From Armatimonadota bacterium (GTDB taxonomy: Bacteria; Armatimonadota; SYMT01), in NCBI GenBank assembly GCA_041690135.1, contig JAWLHY010000005.1, forward strand, positions 397,487-461,486: 64,000 bases of DNA, written 5' to 3'. The notes under the pieces were generated by a model. The model did not search any database, was not told the origin of the DNA, and worked only from the letters and a program-made list of their open reading frames with translations. This document shows, in pieces, positions 19,530 through 28,858 of this stretch. The first letter of the stretch is position 1, and every line of letters starts with the position of its first letter. Both the position numbers and the translations under genes were made by a program.

Positions 19530-20915
19530 TTATGGTTCCCAGACCATCCGGAAGCGTGGCCCCTGCTCGCCTTCCTGCCGAAAGCCAAGGCGTTCGTAGA
19601 AAGCACAGGCCGGGTTCACTTTCAGCACCTGGGTGGTCACGCGGCGGTGGCTGGCCCGGGCCCGGCTCTGAAGCTCCCGGACGATTGCCGTGCCCAGGCC
19701 GCGACCCTGGAAGGCCGGGAGGAGGTGCAGGTTCGCCAGGTGCAGCTCCGCTTCGCGCTCCAGCACGCTCACCGCCCCCGCGAGCTCCGGGCCGGTGGTG
19801 ATGAGCCGGTGGCGCATCACGTCGAAGCGCGCCAGGAAAGGGCTTTGCTCTTCCGCCGGCATCTCAAGCGCGTCGAGTGAGCCCTGCAAGGTCTCGCGGC
19901 GGAGGCGATAGATGAACCCATAGTCCCGCATCGCGGCCGGTCGGAAGTGAAACTCCAGCGTGCCGGCGCTCCGGATCTCCGGCGCGAACGAGGTCTCCCG
20001 GTGCTCCAGCAGCCGATAGCTCGTCACCGGTTTCGCTTCCGGCGTGCCGCAGGTGAGCCCGCGCAGCCCCTCCAACTCCACCGGCTCCACCCGCAGGGTG
20101 TGAAGCGTGTCCTCCCCATCCGCCCCATCCGCCAGGAACGCAGCTTCGGTCACCGTGCCCCGCCGGCGGTGGGACCAGAGCCGGTACGCGGCGACGCGGG
20201 TTTCTGCCTGGGCCTGCCGCAAGTAATGCTCGGCTGCCTGTGAGGGCGGTGGATAGCAGGCGCGCCCGCGCCACCGGGACGGGTACAGCCGCCCCGTCGT
20301 CGCGCACTCCAGAAACGCCGCGTGTTCTTCCGGTTCCACGTGCCCGTAGTAGAGCCCCTCCGGAAGACAGACGACGTTGGCGGCGAAGCGGTCGCCCCCC
20401 ACGTGGGACGACTGCCACACGCGGTTCGACTCACTCCGCGCCAGGCTGAGGTAGGTGGGATAGCCGAACTTCGCGCAGCAGCGGTCGTGCGTGCCGTGGG
20501 TGCAGACCAGGAAGAGCGGGCGCGGGTCGCGGTAAGCCTCGTAGCGCTCCTCTTCCGCCAGCACGCCGAACAGGTCGATCCCCAGCAGGGCCTCGTAGCT
20601 CTCCAGTTCGAAGTGGTAGAGGCGCGAGGCGACCTCGTCGGTGACCGCTACGTAGAAGGCGAGCGTCTCCCGCTGTCCACGCGGCGCTCCCTTGATGAAC
20701 AACAGGCGGGAGCGAGGTACCGCCTGGAGCACGGGCTGCAGGGCTCGCCCCAGGGTACTGCCGGCCTCGATCGTGGCCTCCACCTCGTGCGCCCAGGCCC
20801 CCCGTACTTCCAGCACCAGCCACAGGTCCACCCGCGAGGCGGTCCCGAACAGGGGCTCCCCCACCCGGCGCGCCCCGGAAGCGCAAAGCTCCAGTGGTTG
20901 CGGTCGGCTAGGCAT
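19530..20915 (-). CDS. Sucrase/ferredoxin-like (thioredoxin-like Fe-S) protein fused to a C-terminal GNAT acetyltransferase
   Basis: GEPLFGTA, CTHGTHDRCCAKFG, SHVGGDRFAAN, GLYYG; C-terminal FQGRGLGT acetyl-CoA motif and NPACAFYERLGF. Start overlaps the JmjC stop. Confidence 0.88.
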   Translation of the reverse strand: MPSRPQPLELCASGARRVGEPLFGTASRVDLWLVLEVRGAWAHEVEATIEAGSTLGRALQPVLQAVPRSRLLFIKGAPRGQRETLAFYVAVTDEVASRLYHFELESYEALLGIDLFGVLAEEERYEAYRDPRPLFLVCTHGTHDRCCAKFGYPTYLSLARSESNRVWQSSHVGGDRFAANVVCLPEGLYYGHVEPEEHAAFLECATTGRLYPSRWRGRACYPPPSQAAEHYLRQAQAETRVAAYRLWSHRRRGTVTEAAFLADGADGEDTLHTLRVEPVELEGLRGLTCGTPEAKPVTSYRLLEHRETSFAPEIRSAGTLEFHFRPAAMRDYGFIYRLRRETLQGSLDALEMPAEEQSPFLARFDVMRHRLITTGPELAGAVSVLEREAELHLANLHLLPAFQGRGLGTAIVRELQSRARASHRRVTTQVLKVNPACAFYERLGFRQEGEQGPRFRMVWEP

Positions 20916-22113
20916 AACCGAGGAGCCCTTCCCGCAGCAGGCGCCGGACCAGGACCAGCTTTCCGGGTGTATCCAGCTCATCGGGAAGGTCGGCGGCGCG
21001 GAAGGGCTCGGTCCGGGTGCAGAAGGCCACGGAAGCGGCGGCGTAGCCCGGCAACTCCACGGCCTTGCCCTGGAAAGTGAGCCGCACGCGCTCCCCCTCC
21101 GCGCGCAGGCGGAAGAGCACCTCGGGCCGGCGTCGTACCGGGGTGCCGAGATCCAGCTCCGCGAGCTTTTCCGCGACAAACAGCCGCTCGCCGCTGATCG
21201 GCCGGCGCGTGTTGATGAACCGGTCGATCATCCGGTCTACGGCGCGGAGGGCCGCTTCGGGCTGGGTGAGCTCCGCCGCCAGTTCCGCCAGTTCGGCAGC
21301 CAGGGCGGTGCGGTGCTCTTCCGAGGCGGCAAACCCGGGCGGCAGGTTTCGGCGGAACCGCGCGTCGTCCCGGCATCCGGCGATTGCCTCGGCGAGCAGG
21401 TCCAGCCAGGTGAAGCCGGTCATTCCCAGCGTGACGTGGATCGACCGCTGCCGGGAAGTGAGCGCCTCGTGGATGAAGCCGCGCGGCAGGTAGAGGAGGT
21501 CGCCCGGTCCCAGGTCCAGCTCGCACAGCAACTGCCCCGCGGGAGCGCCTTCGGACCGGTACCCCTGGGTGCGGTCCGGCAGCGGGACGGGAGAGTCATA
21601 CAGGCGCCAGTGCTTGGAGCCGTCGATCTGCAAGATGAACACGTCGTGCGTGTCGTAGTGCGGTGCGAAGCCCTGCGACTCCGGGGGCGTGACGTAGATG
21701 TTGGTCTGGGTGGGATGCGTGAGGACCGCCTCCAGGCTGCGGCACAGCGTGGCGAGCGGAGGCCAACTGCGGTGCAGACCCTGAAGGATCACGGTCGCGC
21801 CGTTCCGGTACTGCTCCACGATGCGGTCCGGGTCCGCCACGCGGCGGCAGGCGCTCCCCGTGCCGGCGGTGGTCTTCGTGTAATCTGAGAGCGGGAGCGG
21901 TTCCCCGGAACGGACGAGCCGGAACTCCGGGTAAGTCATGTCCGAGGTAGTGACCAGCCGGTCGACATCGCCCGGGGTGAGTAGTGCCTGGTAGTGGTCG
22001 GGAACTCCCCGCTGGAGCACGAGTGGCTGCGTCTCCCAGTACTCCTGTAGGAATACCGGGAGCGGCACCGGCGCCAGCAATCGCTCCAGCGTGAACGCAT
22101 CGGATGAGGTCAT
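20908..22113 (-). CDS. JmjC/cupin-4 Fe(II)/2-oxoglutarate oxygenase (YcfD/NO66-like)
   Basis: FLQEYWETQPL, NIYVTPPESQGFAPHYDTHDVFILQIDGSKHW, LGPGDLLYLPRGFIHEA (HxD...H triad plus 2OG-binding Lys); C-terminal winged helix. Confidence 0.92.
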   Translation of the reverse strand: MTSSDAFTLERLLAPVPLPVFLQEYWETQPLVLQRGVPDHYQALLTPGDVDRLVTTSDMTYPEFRLVRSGEPLPLSDYTKTTAGTGSACRRVADPDRIVEQYRNGATVILQGLHRSWPPLATLCRSLEAVLTHPTQTNIYVTPPESQGFAPHYDTHDVFILQIDGSKHWRLYDSPVPLPDRTQGYRSEGAPAGQLLCELDLGPGDLLYLPRGFIHEALTSRQRSIHVTLGMTGFTWLDLLAEAIAGCRDDARFRRNLPPGFAASEEHRTALAAELAELAAELTQPEAALRAVDRMIDRFINTRRPISGERLFVAEKLAELDLGTPVRRRPEVLFRLRAEGERVRLTFQGKAVELPGYAAASVAFCTRTEPFRAADLPDELDTPGKLVLVRRLLREGLLGYA

Positions 22114-22124
22114 GGCAGGGTGAC

Positions 22125-22161
22125 AAATAGAAAGCCGCGAGAGCCCGGTGGGCGCCCGCGG
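22125..22161 (-). terminator. GC-rich hairpin with imperfect U-tract between the peptide and JmjC genes (possible leaky terminator)
   Basis: Minus strand ccgcgggcgccc-acc-gggctctcgcgg followed by ctttctattt. Confidence 0.5.
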
Positions 22162-22188
22162 TCTGGGTGTGGTAGTGAACGGGCGGGG

Positions 22189-22404
22189 CTACTGGTCCCC
22201 TTTGCTATCCGTGGTGTCCGCGTCGCCCGAGCCGTCCGTGCCGTCCGCGTCCGTCCCGTCCGCGTCGCTACCGTCCTTACCGTCAGTGCTGTCCGCATCG
22301 GTGCCGTCCGCATCCCACGCCGCGTACGGCCGGGCGCCGGGAAGCACCGCGCTGTTCACGCGCGTCACGATGATGTCGTCGTCGGTGAGAGTATGAGAGG
22401 GCAT
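22189..22404 (-). CDS. Small Asp-rich repeat peptide, putative RiPP-like precursor
   Basis: AGGAG RBS; 71 aa made of a 30-aa non-repetitive N-terminus and a 41-aa region with 15 Asp and five DADxT units; first gene of the co-oriented JmjC operon. Confidence 0.8.
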   Translation of the reverse strand: MPSHTLTDDDIIVTRVNSAVLPGARPYAAWDADGTDADSTDGKDGSDADGTDADGTDGSGDADTTDSKGDQ

Positions 22405-22752
22405 CCGAGGTTCTCCTGGGCTTGAGCGTTCAACCGCCCGTGTGTCTCTTGTAGACTACCCCGGCTAACTGGGTCCATAAAAGCGACTTTTCGCGCCGCG
22501 AGACCCGACTCGTCGTTTCATCGGGCACTCCAACGTAGGGCATGAGACAGACCCGACTAGGGCCACCCCCACCCGGTCATCGGAGTTTGGCGCATCGCCG
22601 CGGCGGGGAACTACGCCCTGGAACCGGAGCAGGTTTCCGCACAACCGCGGAGTTGAGTCGGATCCAAATGGGTTCAGGGGCTGAAGACAACACGTTTCCC
22701 TGTTAGGCCTCGCACCAGCCGTCTCCACTACTTGCACGAAAGAGGGCGAACC

Positions 22753-23697
22753 ATGGTCTGGGTTCCCGGCGGCACGTTCGTGATGGGATCGAACGATTTC
22801 TATCCCGAAGAGCGGCCTGCCCACCGGGTGACCGTGGACGGCTTCTGGATGGATGAGCATCCGGTGACGAACGCCGAGTTTCGACGGTTTATCGCCGCCA
22901 CCGGATACGTCACCGTGGCGGAAAGGCCACCGGACCCCGAACATTATCCAAGCGCCGACCCGGCATTGTTAGTGGCCGGCTCTCTCGTTTTCCGGCGACC
23001 GCCCGCGCGTGTCGGCCTGCGAGATTTCCGCAACTGGTGGGTCTACGTGCCCGATGCTTGCTGGAGACACCCGCAGGGGCCCGGAAGCACCCTGGAAGGT
23101 TACGACCTCCACCCCGTAACGCAGGTGGCTTACGAAGACGCGGAGGCCTACGCGTACTGGGCCGGCAAGGCCCTGCCGACGGAGGCGGAGTGGGAATTCG
23201 CGGCCCGAGGGGGGCTGGAAGAGGCGGATTTCGTCTGGGGGCATGAGCATGCGCCGGAAGGTCGCATGCTTGCCAACACATGGCAGGGCGAGTTTCCCTG
23301 GCAGAACCTCAACCTCGACGGGTACGCGGGCACCTCGCCGGCCGGCGCTTTCCCCCCGAACGGGTACGGGCTGTACGACATGGCCGGCAACGTGTGGGAG
23401 TGGACCAGCGACATTTTCACGCCGCGCCACCCGGCGGAAGTCTCGAAGCCGTGCTGCATCCCCCGCAACCCGCGGGTCGAGGCGGCGGAGCGGGACCCGG
23501 CGCCGGGGGCGACCGGGGGCGCCGTCCTGCGCCGGGTGCTTAAGGGTGGATCGCATCTCTGCTCGCCCAACTACTGTCTGCGCTACCGGCCGGCGGCGCG
23601 TCAGGGAGAAGCGGTGGATACCTCGGCATGCCACATCGGCTTCCGCTGCATCGTGCGATCGGACGTGGCAGCAGCCAGGAGCGGAGGTGCGAGCTGA
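22753..23697 (+). CDS. Formylglycine-generating enzyme (sulfatase-modifying factor)
   Basis: LPTEAEWEFAARGG, NGYGLYDMAGNVWEW, KGGSHLCSPNYCLRYRPAAR (both catalytic Cys present), HIGFRC. Confidence 0.92.
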   Translation: MVWVPGGTFVMGSNDFYPEERPAHRVTVDGFWMDEHPVTNAEFRRFIAATGYVTVAERPPDPEHYPSADPALLVAGSLVFRRPPARVGLRDFRNWWVYVPDACWRHPQGPGSTLEGYDLHPVTQVAYEDAEAYAYWAGKALPTEAEWEFAARGGLEEADFVWGHEHAPEGRMLANTWQGEFPWQNLNLDGYAGTSPAGAFPPNGYGLYDMAGNVWEWTSDIFTPRHPAEVSKPCCIPRNPRVEAAERDPAPGATGGAVLRRVLKGGSHLCSPNYCLRYRPAARQGEAVDTSACHIGFRCIVRSDVAAARSGGAS

Positions 23698-23701
23698 ACC
23701 C

Positions 23702-24604
23702 ATGGTTGAGCTTCTGGCCCCTCTGCTGAACCTCTCGATCCAGGTCTTCGCCGTGAGCAGCATGCTGGCGGTCGGCCTCAACTACACGGTCCGCCAGATC
23801 ATCGACCCCCTTCGGGACGTGCGCGGGGTGATCCTGGCGCTTTTCGCCAACTTCGTGGCGGTTCCGCTGCTGGCGTACGCGGTGGCGCGCTGGCTCTCGC
23901 TCGACCGGTCCATGGAACTGGGCCTGGTCCTGGTGGCGTTTGCCGCGGGAGCGCCGTTCGTGATCAAACTGGTGCAGTTGGCCGGTGGCACCGTGGCGTT
24001 CAGTTCCGGCCTGCTCGTCCTCCTGCTGCTGGTCACCATCCCCTATCTGCCCCTGGTAATGCCGCTAGCCATCCCGGACGCTACGGTCCACCCGGCCGGC
24101 ATCGCCCGGCCGCTCCTACTAACGATGCTTCTGCCGCTCGGCGCCGGCCTGCTCGTCAAGGCGATGTCCCCCGGCTGGGCCGGGCGCCTGCAGCCGCTTC
24201 TGGGGAAGATCGCCAACGTGACGCTGGTGTTACTGCTGGCTCTGACCTTCATTGTCCATCTCCCTGCCATCCTGAGCGTCTTCGGGACCGGCGCCATCCT
24301 GGCCGCGCTGCTCGTCCTCGCCGGCTCCTTCGCCCTGGGCTACCTGTTCGGAGGCTTCGGAGAGCACCTACGCGACGAGATGGCCCTGGTCACCGCCCAG
24401 CGCAACTTTGCGGCGGCCCTGGTCGTGGCGGAGAGCCTCAACGACCCGGAGACGGTGGTGATGGTCGCGGTGGTCTCGGCGGTTTCGATCGCGCTCCTTT
24501 TTCCGCTGGCGGGAGCCATGGGCAGGCGGGTCGCAACCACGTCCGCACCAGAGAAGGAAAGTTCGAGAGCACCGCGACTGGGGCGTAGACGAGCGGCCTC
24601 GTGA
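23702..24604 (+). CDS. Bile acid:sodium symporter (BASS) family transporter
   Basis: Highly hydrophobic; ANFVAVP, AGAPFVIKL and TAQRNFAAA motifs. Confidence 0.82.
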   Translation: MVELLAPLLNLSIQVFAVSSMLAVGLNYTVRQIIDPLRDVRGVILALFANFVAVPLLAYAVARWLSLDRSMELGLVLVAFAAGAPFVIKLVQLAGGTVAFSSGLLVLLLLVTIPYLPLVMPLAIPDATVHPAGIARPLLLTMLLPLGAGLLVKAMSPGWAGRLQPLLGKIANVTLVLLLALTFIVHLPAILSVFGTGAILAALLVLAGSFALGYLFGGFGEHLRDEMALVTAQRNFAAALVVAESLNDPETVVMVAVVSAVSIALLFPLAGAMGRRVATTSAPEKESSRAPRLGRRRAAS

Positions 24605-24652
24605 CCCAGACGCCGACTCTTCCCAAGACACGCAACTCAAATGGAGGACCCG

Positions 24653-26353
24653 ATGGCCAACCATCAGAACGGCACACCCGCCGCGGAGCGGCCGAACATC
24701 CTGATCCTGTGCATGGACCAGTGGGATACCCACATGCAGGTGCCCGAGGAAGTGCGGTTTCCCGCAATGGAGCGGCTGGAGGCGCAGGGGGTCTCCTTCG
24801 ACCGGCACTACTGCACCGTCCCGATCTGCACTCCTTCGCGGGCGGCGATGTGGACGGGAGTCCATGCCCGGCACACCGGGCTTTGGGATAACACCAACTA
24901 CGCCTGGATCGACGAGCTGTCCCACGAGTTCCCCACCCTCGGACAGATGCTCCGCGAGCAGGGTTACTACACCGCCTTCAAGGGCAAATGGCACCTGTCG
25001 GCGGTCCCCCGCAGTGAGGACGCACTGGAGCGCTACGGCTTCGCGGACTTTCAACAGTGGGGCGAGATGTTCGGGGCACCGCTCCAGGGAGAGCAACTCG
25101 ACGGCGTCGCCGCGTTTGAGACGATCGACTGGCTCGAGCACCGGGCGCAGCAACTCGACCAGCCGTGGCTATTGGTGTGCAGCCTGGTGAATCCGCACGA
25201 CGTGATGTTCCTGCAAACCGACCCGATGCAGGAGCCCCATCCAAATGGTATGATCACGGGCCTCCATTCAACCGTCCAGCAGTTAGGCTGGTTTCAGCAG
25301 GAGTGGGAGGTGACGCTGCCGGGCAACTTCGCGGACGACTACCGGTTGCAGGCGCCGGGCGTGCGGCACTTCAAAGACTATGTGGACCTCCATTTCGGGC
25401 GCATTCCCGACGAGCGCGCGGACCTCTGGCTCAAGCACCGCAACTACCTCATCAACTGCATGCGCCTGGTGGACGCGCAGTTCGCGAAGGTGCTGGACGC
25501 GCTGGATCGCCTGGACCTCTGGGAAAACACCGTCGTCATCTTTACCAGCGACCACGGAGAGATGAACGGCGCCCACCGAATGACCCAGAAGGGCGGCATT
25601 CCCTTTGACGAAGCGGCCGTCGTTAACCTGTCCGTCTGCGCGCCGGGTGGCCCGCGGGGCCGGCGCACCGGTGCAGTGGGCTCCCACCTCGACCTCGCGC
25701 CAACCTTACTGGAGTTTGCCGGCCTCGGCGAGCAGGAGATCCGGGAGCGCTACCCGCACCTGAAGGGCCGCAGTCTGAAAAGCGTGATCCTCGCCCCGGA
25801 CCAGGACGGTCCCCGCGGAAGCATGACATCACCCGGCGATGGAGCGTTGCTCTGCTGGGACGGGCTGCACGCGCTGGACCACGAATGGGCGGTCACCGGC
25901 GCGCTCCGGGAGCTCACGGACATGAGCCTGCAAGAAGCCGAGCCCGCAGTCCACCGGGAGGCGCACCGACGAGACCGGCTGCAGGCGGCCGGGAAGAAGT
26001 ATGGCGCCCCCGACTTCCGCAAACGCACGTTCTTCCGCGCCGTGGTGGACGGGCAGTACAAGCTGGTCCGTTGGTTTAGCCCGGAGGAATACGGCAACCC
26101 CTCCACCCTGGAAGAGTTGTTCGCGCGGGGGGATGTAACGCTCCACGATTTGGAAACCGACCCCGGCGAGTTGGAGAACCTGGGGCATCCCGATCACCCG
26201 GCTTACGACCCGGTGCTGGTAGAGCGGATGCTGGCCAAACTGCACGCCCTCGTCCAGGAAGAGCTCGGTGAAGACCGTGCACCCTTTGACCTGGACCTGT
26301 TCGGCACCCGTGAAGTGAAGTACCGCCAGGGGGAACGGCGCCGGGCAGCGTGA
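24653..26353 (+). CDS. Type I (formylglycine) sulfatase
   Basis: RPNILILCMDQ, CTPSR active-site motif, GKWHL, FTSDHGE; GGAGG RBS. Confidence 0.92.
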   Translation: MANHQNGTPAAERPNILILCMDQWDTHMQVPEEVRFPAMERLEAQGVSFDRHYCTVPICTPSRAAMWTGVHARHTGLWDNTNYAWIDELSHEFPTLGQMLREQGYYTAFKGKWHLSAVPRSEDALERYGFADFQQWGEMFGAPLQGEQLDGVAAFETIDWLEHRAQQLDQPWLLVCSLVNPHDVMFLQTDPMQEPHPNGMITGLHSTVQQLGWFQQEWEVTLPGNFADDYRLQAPGVRHFKDYVDLHFGRIPDERADLWLKHRNYLINCMRLVDAQFAKVLDALDRLDLWENTVVIFTSDHGEMNGAHRMTQKGGIPFDEAAVVNLSVCAPGGPRGRRTGAVGSHLDLAPTLLEFAGLGEQEIRERYPHLKGRSLKSVILAPDQDGPRGSMTSPGDGALLCWDGLHALDHEWAVTGALRELTDMSLQEAEPAVHREAHRRDRLQAAGKKYGAPDFRKRTFFRAVVDGQYKLVRWFSPEEYGNPSTLEELFARGDVTLHDLETDPGELENLGHPDHPAYDPVLVERMLAKLHALVQEELGEDRAPFDLDLFGTREVKYRQGERRRAA

Positions 26354-26430
26354 GGCCGGAGGACACCGATGGACCTGGACAACAAGCCCACTCCCCCTTA
26401 AGCCAATGATGGGCGCGGAAAAGCCGTTGC

Positions 26431-28275
26431 ATGGAGAGGACGCAAACATCTGAGGAAGCGCCCGAGGTCAACCAGCCGGGCCTGGGCGAACTGCGCGCGG
26501 CCGTGGCGACCCAACTGCGGCGGAGCCTGCCCAGCCAGGCCACCCTCGTACAGGACGGGATCGCCGGGTTGAACAGCGCCATCAGCAACGTACCCGACGG
26601 TATGGCGAATGCGGTCGTGGTGGGCGTCAGTCCGGCTTACGGGTTGTACGCCACCATGCTGGGGCCGGCGGTGGGCGGCATTTTCTCCAGCACCCGGCTG
26701 ATGATGATTACTACCACCGCTGCAGCCTCATTGGCGACCAGCCAGGCGCTGGCCGGCCGCACGGGGGAGGCGCGCGCCGAGGCGCTGTTCCTGCTCGTGG
26801 TGCTGATCGGCGCGTTGCAGATCCTGTTCGGGTTACTGCGGCTGGGGCGGCTGATCCGGTTCGTCTCGTACTCGGTAATGACCGGCTTTCTCACCGGCGT
26901 TTCGGTGCTGTTGATCCTGAGCCAACTCCCCACGATCACCGGCTACACGGCGGTCGGGAGCACCCGTATCGCGCAGACGCTCGACCTGTTGGCAAACCTG
27001 GACGAGGTTAATCTCCCGACCGTGGGGCTAGCAACCCTAACGCTGGCGCTCGCCATCGTCCTCCCCCGGACACGGCTGGGCAACCTGGGGAGGCTTGTAG
27101 CTGTCGTGGTCCCATCGGTCCTCGTGGCACTGTTGGGCCTGCGGAACGTCGAGACCGTCCGAGACGCGGGAGAGGTCCCGCAGGGTTTCCCACTGCCGGC
27201 CCTACCGGTGCTGTCGAACGTAACGTTCGACCTGCTCACCGGGGCGCTGGCCGTCGCCACGATCATCCTGGTGCAGGGCGCGGGGGTCAGCCAGAGCGTG
27301 CCGAACCCGGACGGTTCTCGCAGCAGCATCTCTCGCGACTTTCTCGCGGAAGGCGCGGCGAACGTCGCGTCGGGGCTCTTCCGGGGCCTGCCCGTGGGAG
27401 GCTCACTCAGCGCGACGGCGCTGAACGTGCTCTACGGAGCAGGCAGCTGTTGGGCCGTCATCCTTGCGGGAGTGTGGATGGCGCTGATCGTGGTGGCGCT
27501 GCCCGGCCTGGTTTCCTATACGGCGATGCCTGCCCTGGGAGCGCTGCTTATCCTGGCCGGAGCGAGCAGCATCAAACCGGGCGAACTACTCGCCATCTGG
27601 TACGTCGGCTGGGCGTCTCGGGTAGCTGCCGTCACCACGTTCCTCGCGATGCTCTTCCTGCCGATCCAGGCGGCGGTAGGCATCGGGGTCGCGCTCTCCG
27701 CCCTGCTCTACCTCTATGCGTCCTCTACTGATATCTCACTGGTGGAGTTGGTGGAGCGTCCCGATGGGCGGGTCGAGGAGCGCCCGCCGCCCCGGCAACT
27801 GCCGTCACGGCAAGTAACGGTGCTCGATGTCTACGGGCATCTGTTTTACGCGGGCGCCCGGACGCTGGAGCGGCTACTGCCGAGGCCCCAGGGTGCGGAG
27901 AGCCCGGTGGTGGTGCTGCGGCTGCGAGGCCGGACCGCCTTCGGAGCCACCCTGATCGATGCACTGGCCGAGTATGCGGAGCGGCTCGAGGAGGTGGAGG
28001 GTCGATTGTACCTCACCGGGCTCAGCGAAGAGGCCGACGAGCAGCTCGTCCGCACGGGCAAACTGAGCCTGACCGGTCCCGTCCGCGACTTCCGAGCCAC
28101 CCCGATCGTGGGCGAGTCGACCCGCGAGGCGGTCGCCGAGGCGCGAATGTGGCTGGTCGACCAGAACCCAGCGGACCTCGAAGCAGATGTTCGGTCCGTC
28201 CAGCCTCAACCCGGAGCCGCTCCTGCGGTTGAGGGGGAGCAGGACAGGTCACGCAGTGGAGAGGTGGGACCATGA
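26431..28275 (+). CDS. SulP-family anion permease with STAS domain
   Basis: VPDGMANA, YGLYA, SVMTGF, GLPVGGSLS; C-terminal GHLFYAGA STAS domain. Confidence 0.9.
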   Translation: MERTQTSEEAPEVNQPGLGELRAAVATQLRRSLPSQATLVQDGIAGLNSAISNVPDGMANAVVVGVSPAYGLYATMLGPAVGGIFSSTRLMMITTTAAASLATSQALAGRTGEARAEALFLLVVLIGALQILFGLLRLGRLIRFVSYSVMTGFLTGVSVLLILSQLPTITGYTAVGSTRIAQTLDLLANLDEVNLPTVGLATLTLALAIVLPRTRLGNLGRLVAVVVPSVLVALLGLRNVETVRDAGEVPQGFPLPALPVLSNVTFDLLTGALAVATIILVQGAGVSQSVPNPDGSRSSISRDFLAEGAANVASGLFRGLPVGGSLSATALNVLYGAGSCWAVILAGVWMALIVVALPGLVSYTAMPALGALLILAGASSIKPGELLAIWYVGWASRVAAVTTFLAMLFLPIQAAVGIGVALSALLYLYASSTDISLVELVERPDGRVEERPPPRQLPSRQVTVLDVYGHLFYAGARTLERLLPRPQGAESPVVVLRLRGRTAFGATLIDALAEYAERLEEVEGRLYLTGLSEEADEQLVRTGKLSLTGPVRDFRATPIVGESTREAVAEARMWLVDQNPADLEADVRSVQPQPGAAPAVEGEQDRSRSGEVGP

Positions 28276-28311
28276 GCGGGCCGCAGCCCGGCACCAGGCC
28301 CGCAGGCCGGG

Positions 28312-28690
28312 GTGCTCGGCGGGGTCTGGATGCTCCTGTTTGTCCTGCTGGTGCCCGGTTTGGTGGCCCAGGTGCCGATCTCGGTGCTCGCGGCGCTGAT
28401 GATCGTGGCCGGCGTCAGCGCCATCGATGTGGGCGAAGCTCGCGCCATCTGGAACACGGGCTGGCCCTCCCGCCTCGCCATCGGCATCACCTTCCTGGCC
28501 ACGCTGTTCCTCCCGATCCAGGCGGCGGTAGGCCTCGGGGTCGTCCTCTCCGCTCTCCTCTACCTGTACACGGCCTCCTCCGAGGTCTCGCTGGTCCGGT
28601 TGCGGGAGCGGCCCGACGGGCAGATCGAAGTGGTCCCCCCGCCGGAGAGGCTACCCTCCGATGCGGTAACGGTGCTCGAAATCCACGGCC
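28312..28690 (+). pseudogene. Truncated SulP paralog fragment
   Basis: Translation mirrors the last TM helices and STAS start of the preceding gene (LFLPIQAAVG, LSALLYLY, ERPDG, VTVLEIHG), then diverges abruptly. Confidence 0.75.
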
Positions 28691-28858
28691 CCAAGCCAGA
28701 GCGAGTAGGGGCAGGTGGGTCCGGTTCAACCCGTGTTCTGTCGTTTGAGCCGGGATTCCACAGGGTATGGGGAGCTGGATTACATCTCGCGGTGCTGCCC
28801 CGAGACCCCTGGTGTTCGGCGGTCTCCGGCGGAAGCCGGTCGCCCGGAGGAGTTCGAC

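Noticed and set aside
20692-21888. 398-aa + strand ORF
   Set aside because: Antisense to the JmjC gene, no recognisable motif.
22200-22315. Tandem ccgtccg repeats as a simple microsatellite
   Set aside because: The repeats keep frame, vary at codon level and sit in an ORF with an RBS, so they are better explained as a coding peptide.
23243-23701. N-terminal extension of the BASS transporter
   Set aside because: It overlaps the FGE gene in another frame; hydrophobic sequence starts at 23702.
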